Of a stretch of DNA of 64,000 bases, positions 59,601 to 64,000 are shown piece by piece (the stretch's first letter is position 1; the number at the start of each line of letters is the position of its first letter). Under the pieces are notes generated by a model. It had not been told where the DNA came from and made no database searches. It worked only from the letters and a program-made list of their open reading frames with translations. The stretch lies in IMG/VR virus record IMGVR_UViG_3300008113_000027; one strand, written 5' to 3'. Both the position numbers and the translations under genes were made by a program. Source of the DNA: an uncultured virus (IMG/VR IMGVR_UViG_3300008113_000027) (lineage: Duplodnaviria; Heunggongvirae; Uroviricota; Caudoviricetes).

Positions 59601-61123
59601 CCATTTATTTTTTCAACTCTTAATTCTTTAGTATCATAACTATCTTCAATCTTATTATTGACTGAATATTTTTTTACTTCTCCTTCTTTAAAATCATCAG
59701 GATTAAGACCTAATGTTTTAATTGTTTTTCCATCTTTTACTTCTAAATCTTTATCTTCACTTATTACTTTTTTTTGTAAATCTAAAAGACTTCTTGTAGC
59801 TGATGATTTTAAATCTTCAGGTGAATTATCAAACCAAGACTGGTGTTCTTCTAACAATCTTAATGCTTCATTTTTATTTGCAAAGTATTGTCCTGTTTCA
59901 GCATCAGCATCTACTAAGTCAGTACCTAAAAATTCATTTCTCCAATTAGATAAAGTTTTTCTTCTAAGTTCTGCTGAATTAGTATTCATTACTTTTGCAG
60001 TAAGATTACCATCTTTATCAAATGAGTATTGTACAAAATGCATTGTTAGTGCATGATTACCCATTACATGTAAGAACTGATTTTTAACTTGACCATTAGC
60101 TTTTTCTAACCTATTTACAAATTCATTCATCCAAGGTCTTACATCAGCATTCTCTCTTAAGTGAGCTACAGCTTCATCAAAAGTAAATGACTTATCAGCC
60201 ATCAATGCAATAACAGTATCAAACACAGTATCAAATTCTACAAATGCAGGAATACCCATTACAGTATTCATAGGATTACCATCCTTATCTGTAAGAGGAA
60301 TACCTCTCATCAACATTCTTAGTTCTTTTCTAACTGAATTCTTTGGATTTTTTTCTAAAGATGTTTGAGAATAATTTTCATCTCTTTCACTATTTGTTTC
60401 TTCAAAATCTGTAATACTATCTTCTGATGATTCTTCTTCCATATCTGCTATTTTAGAAGTATCATCTGCTTCTTCTACTTTTGTTTCAGTAGTACCATCT
60501 TCATTAGTTATAGTGTTAACTTTAATATTAGCAAATTTATATAGCTTCTGTAATCCTACATCAGCAATCATATCAAAATTATCTTTAACTAATTTTATTT
60601 TTTCTTTAGCTACTTGAATTTTCTTAAGATTAAGTTGAACTACTTTATCATCAGGTTTACCAATTAAATTTAATTTTTCTGCAAGTTTATCAAGAGTAGC
60701 TTCATAACCATCTAACATACTTTCAAGTTCTTCTTTCATAGAAGCCTTAAGAGTTCCTTCATTTGTTATTGATTCTGCATTTACATTAAAACTTTTTGCA
60801 GCAGTTTCAGATACATAATTAGCAAAGTAATTAAAATGATTATTATCTAATCCAGCAATTTTCATTAACTGTTTAGTAATTTCATTTCTACTTTCTTCAC
60901 TTATCTCTTTTGGTTCAAAAGATTTTTCATCTTCATCTAATTGAACATTATATTGATTTAAGAATCCAAGTAAAGCATCAGCTTGTTTCATTACAATATT
61001 ATAAGCTTCAATAGAATTTTGTTCTGTTTGAGCTGCCTTATAATTATTAAATGATGCTTCTACTAATCTTTTAAATTCCTGTTCAGAATATTCTTTACCA
61101 TTATAAGTGATAGTACAAATCAT
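50609..61123 (-). CDS. Virion DNA-dependent RNA polymerase (crAss-like) fused to SF1 (RecD/Dda-like) helicase
   Basis: FRIPT and GQDFDVDK (56366-56380), AVDNEK; C-terminal GRGGTGKT, DECSM, GDNVQLPP, HKSQGSTY, YVAVTR. Confidence 0.88.
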   Translation of the reverse strand: MICTITYNGKEYSEQEFKRLVEASFNNYKAAQTEQNSIEAYNIVMKQADALLGFLNQYNVQLDEDEKSFEPKEISEESRNEITKQLMKIAGLDNNHFNYFANYVSETAAKSFNVNAESITNEGTLKASMKEELESMLDGYEATLDKLAEKLNLIGKPDDKVVQLNLKKIQVAKEKIKLVKDNFDMIADVGLQKLYKFANIKVNTITNEDGTTETKVEEADDTSKIADMEEESSEDSITDFEETNSERDENYSQTSLEKNPKNSVRKELRMLMRGIPLTDKDGNPMNTVMGIPAFVEFDTVFDTVIALMADKSFTFDEAVAHLRENADVRPWMNEFVNRLEKANGQVKNQFLHVMGNHALTMHFVQYSFDKDGNLTAKVMNTNSAELRRKTLSNWRNEFLGTDLVDADAETGQYFANKNEALRLLEEHQSWFDNSPEDLKSSATRSLLDLQKKVISEDKDLEVKDGKTIKTLGLNPDDFKEGEVKKYSVNNKIEDSYDTKELRVEKINGKLKYTLGKPTTPAISRALKVKNIPIEGKNVPIMEYSNMSIDEQAEAVDTVLTWLESFGIDMHPNAIHRILSGQYYVDKNTKLTPDKFFASTDKAHQPIGILANWLKTVVNSDSMIIPTELEGNHPFRDNAIENGLARFQAKYVENVATSSFRSGKKSIYGYTAYKYVTDRFVDLKTNAGDIREQLGSLAFSKHAAWLQWLDNSALPNAFSISHLDLNALKEAGKKIFKDNGITSLADADHELVKLAMFMDMKQGSTKVTHRVDNVEFPMRIASMLFPTMSDKSTMVTVKAPMFKLNDISYYTYNEETKTLEAKPEVLRLLFNQLVLPEIERIVDSNGNKKTKTPKTTNIKGYDKGKKMLMFLPKLNDLKVSYKLNDGTMWEGSLNSLLNSSTFTIDKLNDELKLQIYPEINKYLNELVNNKMKVWKDNELATIDESGELKLKFFDTAYVTDTDKKNELTNDTKLNVIAFDYVINQMIGNANAYMTIIGDPALYYKADSKESYTKQSEETFINVGKRLAAMIAPGSKLAESKNETYHQVFLADRVSVSQNIGFLTKVLDGKEFDADGYSRIMSIENPDEKQIQYDKFMEQYPKSAGYFDIESTDAQEYTTWQEHLHVLKQMGKTSDKVLSLTDEDLKEAEKIFTENIPFEKMTDAQKEIFAKVLQPIKPVYTGQIYDKEQGVMRMMYIKSSSFPLIPQMTAGTELDKLRIALQDFQKGGFVRASYQTANKVGALSAPLKMFDSTGKIKNITQKELESASLVLNRKDFKIQQDVPFKSGKRTEDTTTLGSQLTKVLFGNGMMDESGFIMDGTSYSGKKLQEIYNETFIELYNLKKQKLYSELGIDEKTNQPIDVKETALKLQKLLREEALDRGWSKQDIDGLEIEFVYGNDGTIVDYKFKLPLWMSANSNRIEALFNAVVNNRLVKVKLPGNAYVAGSEEGFKIQNDFTGIDKSQIVWLNNEFNGELQAANYDEKNNLKSAQILVASKFRDNDGKLIDLLELDKDGKNYKYVIKTDKGFQLNEKMFDKQLLDMITFRIPTSGHMSGSKVTIAGFLPAQNGDLIITPKNFTKQMGQDFDVDKLSSYQLWHTQDEDGKFRPIKAGDKVSNIKEKLLQNKLVNIHLAVFGNSRPSVQKKINTILSTDYAEDQAKMIDDVNSSTNEYFTPLSDEYQKQKMALGASGKIGTGAYSLDVTSHSLFEQAKANGKQLELMNNGFPFKMSFGSISTNGKLGEANAKVVSKKDYFIARLNDLNGNDTVLDNLTELLKSDEATGLQVFEGQTENYPELKQILNDYNNLQRPIAEVLSERQNIAVDNEKLQVMGKVNLNSYTMDVDKVLCMLGFDKGEDGNSISFLFLSQPIIKDYVVEMSKATSNIKGYNPNAEAEVIQKLYEKYFEPNTLKILGDAPDAYEFDSEYGSKLTTSEMYNELVKKSTKDKTNNHLQIIALNRFLMLKQYGLALRSVQGAINTDSKGLGKSIPEIGEKIKTVTALVSNDSIRNADQLIGDYLMTDNLTKKEYDEKIKEGFIPITNQLMIKPTTSIGAVSLNALVTANNLWEKHFPYNKDSINKAITEVMELVSKSEASEAKKAEKQHMVLKEIKKYFNAVMTQKNLIKSGTATEERYRLMYDDKKAGKVSLAKYLSDVANKFPQLKSNKLIQRFAYDIDYTGKPSMILYENTAGANFDEDGLNNALLELLGTDLVLPAFNGEIYSAKKLAQDLINYALLEGGVQEATQFAKFIPISYLEQMGFTEALNDINYDTTNIFGFKENAPSDFAIQFARNNPTSLPKLLMEESKANKVLSSNITITNAGYNSTNAPNFIAHRVKGKDYLWIKMGNEYKPLAVAVSKGNQGQKVFAYDINPNQQQRQISKGRVRDIAPPPVSEPKNDDAVSKLINEERFGLGQDNFITILRNIVNSNNLPANITTILKQLISKVDPNTVIKVVDGLESNGTYQNGVIQIDRQYAKEASDEMLARTILKETVHSVTDQLILNHTDSKGQLEPKDGVPGAKAAREIIVLYKRAQTALSTGKYAAKYKSMLEKFERLQQGEKVGFDKEEKRILYGTVNIKEFIEMIMTQPEFQQAMSEIKIGSSNTTLMDKLRNFIKSVLEAIGIEEGTLTDDAIKNIFQLIEDSKPTQTQPTTTTQSVAIQEIQMPKPTGVFTERLNEIRKIYSGNKSYINTNVSGAEAWEQINAQQGNVTPEDIYNIKDEIGGNLFEYFNKAYQYITGNKLVQDKNFVIPINQSSKPTTTTQTNNEVVNNITTQPSTTSEKSFITKVDQFTYTYNPSTGEVIHNAKAGDKVETNETQINKVLAAYAKANNFETKIFNKQEYVKIDNKVLNVNTGSRVTQKEILDLFTPTTQTDLNQEVYSKVKTNLAALINSENQLLNDNPEQVTFPDEIDYSQFNGYPKIVKFLNEASVTDNQLKFFSAHQDYVEALLSETNATDMDELLEAIGKKEVEPEPTASQIEIGMSDSTLADMENELAETDNMINESKAGEKVQLFPGVNANVGQTKAIEKLNSFVKDRGRQVFVLKGRGGTGKTTIIKKILEGLKGESVAAATISHKAKGILQLSMGNGVQVKTIASAIGLKPKRNNPSVFEKDPKFKKENSPFYNADIIIIDECSMLTQSMVSDIINFSRNPNVKVIFMGDNVQLPPIEENASLQNKDSVSFTANTKPEYTATLTERMRQGEDSPIVALSDVIAANVESATPELRVITDRKNKFDEKKNKGTLFETKTSMVPQLTKDLQSDKENTKIICFTNAEKDSMNNLARQILWGEGNTNEFNKGEILINEDTKEESLVASANIFNGEQYVVLNSTPVNIKFNKLNNDFSTSVVSLPGYSLRVQNESGEMVTIQVLSPKVKQKYAELQKNNADNAFKVGGSSWDVYWGNEDQHVKSDYGYAITSHKSQGSTYNNVYVMEDNILGVQDASIKTKNQSLYVAVTRPRHKAVIVSNKNASNVLKQENEGAEFESFLKFDTRGKSFEPKEDWTSENNECGI

Positions 61124-61131
61124 GTTAATGT

Positions 61132-64000
61132 TTATTTACAATCTTTAGTAATTGTTTTATTATCTATAAGCTTTTGGATAGCTTCATCTACATTTGAAGA
61201 CTCTGCAAATATATTAAAAAATTCTTCAAATCCTTCTAAAGGTGTTTGTGTTTCTTCAGTTTTTTGCTCAAGTTTTTCTTTAAGATTATCATCTAATTGT
61301 TTAGCAAGTTCAGTAGACTCATTACTATTTTCAGATAATAATTTTTTAGCATCTGCTACTTTTTCTTCTAAAGTATTACCAATGAATTGAAATCCTTGAG
61401 CTTCAAGATTAGGTATTTCTTTTGCTAACTGTTCATCTGTAAATGTATTAGCAACAAGATTACTGAGTTGTTTATTCTCTTCTTTAGTTTCAGGTTTAGG
61501 ACTACTATAATTATTTGAATTTCTATTGGGTGACTCTACTGGTTTAAATTCAATGTTAGGTTGAAACCTTGTAATAAAATGAGGATTTTCAGCAGTACCA
61601 ATGTTTTCTAATACAACATCAGTTTCTGTATCTTTCATTGAGTGTTCAAAATAATTAAAAAAAGGAGAATCTATAATAGACCCATCTTCATCTACCAATC
61701 CCATTTTAAGTTCATTAGAATCTAATGAAGGATTTATAAGTTTGTTTTTTGTATTTAATCTTTGTTCAGATAAAAACTTTGCAAGTTTATCTTTATGTTT
61801 ATTAAAATCTTCTTGACTTTCAATTACAAATTCTTCCCCACCTTTAACCCCAAATAATATTTTTGCTTTATAATCACTTACATTAAAATTCTTTATTTCA
61901 ATATATGGTTTTCCATTTTCTACATTTTTAGGATTATTTAATCTTATAAATTTAGTTATAAAATTATCTATATTTTCATTATTAAATTGAGCTTTTAAAT
62001 TAGATTCTAATGTTCTCTTTGTTTCTTTATCTAAACCTAATGAGAGAGCATTCATTATTGACTCTACTAACTCTTCACTTAATGTAGGAAACTTAGTATT
62101 GTATATTTGATGACCTCCATCTTCTGACCAAGCTCTTACATCTAAAGTTGCTCCTAATTTTAATGCTTTTTGTATTCCATCTTCATTAGCATTTTTAATT
62201 TTAAATTTAATATAAAATTCTGCAATAGGCATTATAACACTTTTGCTTCCATTACTTACATATACATGACTTACTTGATTATTATTATCTACAATACCCT
62301 TAACAAGTACAGCATTTTTATCTATACTTCTAATTCTTTTAGTTTGGTTGTTAGGATATTTTTTAATCATCCCAGCAGTCTTACTTGTTATTTCAATTTT
62401 TGGAGTACCACCTTTCTTTTCAGTATCTATAAGATACTTTCTTAAAGCTCTAAGGTCAGCAATTTGTTTTGTTTTTTGTTCAGCATTTAAACTATTATCT
62501 GTACTTATTTTAGTTACATCGTGAATATAAGCAATAGGACTTCCATCAGGATGTTTAACAGTAAGAGGAGCAGCATCATAATATGCTTGAGAATTTAAAA
62601 AATTCATTCCTTCTTTTTCTACATTTCTTTTTACCCATTCTCCAAATTGAATAAGTTTAGGTTTACCATTTTCATCAAAAAGAACTTGTCCATTTTCATC
62701 TCTATCTTTAATAAGTATAGTGTTTAAATTGTTTACACCTAATTGTACAGATAATTGAGTACCAGGTTTAAACTTATCTCTTCTTAATAAGTCTTTAAAC
62801 TTATCAATATTATCAATATCTTCTTCTTCAAATGTTTCAATTAATGTTACTATTTCTCCTTCTTCAGTTGTTACCTTTGTAAATCTTGCTGAAAGATTAG
62901 TAGAGTTATAACCTAATCTAAATACTGCATCACCAAGAAGAGGTATAGGTACAAATACTGTATCACCAGATGCAGTTTCAACAGGTTTCTTACTTGTGTT
63001 ATTTTCTAAGTTTGATTTATTAACTTGTTCTTTAAATTCTTTTTCTACAAGTTGTTGTTCTTCAGCAAACTGCATTAATGAGTTTGCTATTTCTTTTCTA
63101 CTTTTAAATACTTTATCATATACTTCTTTGTAATTTTCAATAGGCATTCCATTTAATTCCCACCCAAGAGCTAATGTATCAAACAATATTTTTGCTTGCT
63201 CTTTACTTGAATTTACAATATAATCTCTGATAAACTTTTCAAAAGTAGGTTCAGAACCAAGTTCTTCTTCAAGTGCAATTATATAATCACCCACTTGTTC
63301 TTTAAGTTGATTCTTTGCTTCAGGACTAAGTCTATCACTTATTTCTTTAGGGTCAAAACTTTTAAGGTCATCTTCTACATAAGCATCACTATCTTCTTTA
63401 GGGTCATTACTTAATGGTATTGCAAACTTATATCTATTTGGAATTGACTTGTTTGGAATTACAACTAAATCAGTATTGTTTGAACCTTGTAGTCTTTTAA
63501 TTAATTCTAATTGTGCTTTAGCTTTTTCAGTTAATACTTCATCTACAACATTACCAAATTCATCTACAACTTCTTCAGTTTCAAGGTCAAAGTTTATTGA
63601 GTTCTGACCTGATGCATCTATTTGTTGTTTAATATCATTAGTAAAATTAATTAAGTCAGCATCAGTATTAGATTCAACAGCTTCTTCATTTAATTTATAC
63701 TGAGTTATTATTTCTTGAGCTACAGGTTTTTTAACTTTTAACAAACTTGCAATAAGATTCTCATTAGGTTTTTCTTTGTTAAGTTCTTTTTCTAATGTTG
63801 CTTTTTGTTGTTCATTAAGATTAGGATTATGTTTATCAATAAGAGTATCAAGTTTAGACTTAGTACCTACTAGAGGAATTTGAGGTTCAGGTTCTGACTC
63901 AATAATGTTATTTATATTTCCAGCAATTTGTGTTTTTTCATCAGTTACTGTACCTTCTTCATTTGCTGTTTCAGGAGTAACAACATCTGAAGTTTGGTCA
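61132..64000 (-). CDS. Giant virion cargo protein, C-terminal part (5' end beyond window)
   Basis: Frame of ORF 61132..63744 stays open to 64000 (checked by hand); directly upstream of vRNAP. Confidence 0.7.
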   Translation of the reverse strand, partial: DQTSDVVTPETANEEGTVTDEKTQIAGNINNIIESEPEPQIPLVGTKSKLDTLIDKHNPNLNEQQKATLEKELNKEKPNENLIASLLKVKKPVAQEIITQYKLNEEAVESNTDADLINFTNDIKQQIDASGQNSINFDLETEEVVDEFGNVVDEVLTEKAKAQLELIKRLQGSNNTDLVVIPNKSIPNRYKFAIPLSNDPKEDSDAYVEDDLKSFDPKEISDRLSPEAKNQLKEQVGDYIIALEEELGSEPTFEKFIRDYIVNSSKEQAKILFDTLALGWELNGMPIENYKEVYDKVFKSRKEIANSLMQFAEEQQLVEKEFKEQVNKSNLENNTSKKPVETASGDTVFVPIPLLGDAVFRLGYNSTNLSARFTKVTTEEGEIVTLIETFEEEDIDNIDKFKDLLRRDKFKPGTQLSVQLGVNNLNTILIKDRDENGQVLFDENGKPKLIQFGEWVKRNVEKEGMNFLNSQAYYDAAPLTVKHPDGSPIAYIHDVTKISTDNSLNAEQKTKQIADLRALRKYLIDTEKKGGTPKIEITSKTAGMIKKYPNNQTKRIRSIDKNAVLVKGIVDNNNQVSHVYVSNGSKSVIMPIAEFYIKFKIKNANEDGIQKALKLGATLDVRAWSEDGGHQIYNTKFPTLSEELVESIMNALSLGLDKETKRTLESNLKAQFNNENIDNFITKFIRLNNPKNVENGKPYIEIKNFNVSDYKAKILFGVKGGEEFVIESQEDFNKHKDKLAKFLSEQRLNTKNKLINPSLDSNELKMGLVDEDGSIIDSPFFNYFEHSMKDTETDVVLENIGTAENPHFITRFQPNIEFKPVESPNRNSNNYSSPKPETKEENKQLSNLVANTFTDEQLAKEIPNLEAQGFQFIGNTLEEKVADAKKLLSENSNESTELAKQLDDNLKEKLEQKTEETQTPLEGFEEFFNIFAESSNVDEAIQKLIDNKTITKDCK

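Noticed and set aside
5450..62445. Numerous short antisense or alternative-frame ORFs in the track (e.g. 5450-5779, 8812-9135, 31401-31673, 59658-60056)
   Set aside because: Fully nested in well-supported long genes, no motifs; shadow ORFs
63742..63744. TTG start of the 870-aa ORF
   Set aside because: Frame remains open to the window edge, so the true start lies outside the window
1..64000. Stop-codon reassignment (TAG or TGA), known in some crAss-like phages
   Set aside because: Structural and cargo genes are full length in the standard code, including a 3504-aa ORF, and TAG/TGA serve as stops
1..64000. CRISPR array or diversity-generating retroelement
   Set aside because: No regularly spaced repeats, no reverse transcriptase motif and no template/variable repeat pair seen

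Overview
Very AT-rich, CpG-poor, gene-dense segment of a crAss-like (Crassvirales-type) dsDNA phage genome, standard genetic code, probably infecting a Bacteroidota/Flavobacteria host (TAnnTTTG promoter boxes, A-rich leaders without Shine-Dalgarno sites). Three blocks are visible. (1) 1-18483, minus strand: late/structural operon with HTH and IHF-like genes, a stand-alone class II aaRS catalytic core, terminase, portal, scaffold, major capsid, auxiliary capsid/ring and fibre genes. (2) 18758-44406, plus strand: early region (repeated promoter-like motif, micro-peptides, structured non-coding RNA candidates), then replication and nucleotide metabolism (PolB, SF2 and DnaB helicases, AAA ATPase, primase, resolvase, exonuclease, ThyX, dUTPase, radical SAM, muralytic enzymes). 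(3) 44482-64000, minus strand: giant ejected 'cargo' proteins including a 3504-aa virion RNA polymerase fused to an SF1 helicase. The most striking observation is an apparently complete phage-encoded ubiquitin-like conjugation operon at 30225-33935 (Ubl with Gly75-Gly76 plus a C-terminal extension, E2-like, JAB/MPN protease, E1/ThiF) inside the replication module. Also notable: a KSF[E/D]PKE motif recurring five times in the cargo proteins and bracketing an ADP-ribosyltransferase-like domain, terminal cysteines on those proteins, a three-copy TTCACTC-N17-GGACA candidate vRNAP promoter, and an aberrant tRNA-like RNA. All protein calls rest on motif recognition by eye, not database searches.
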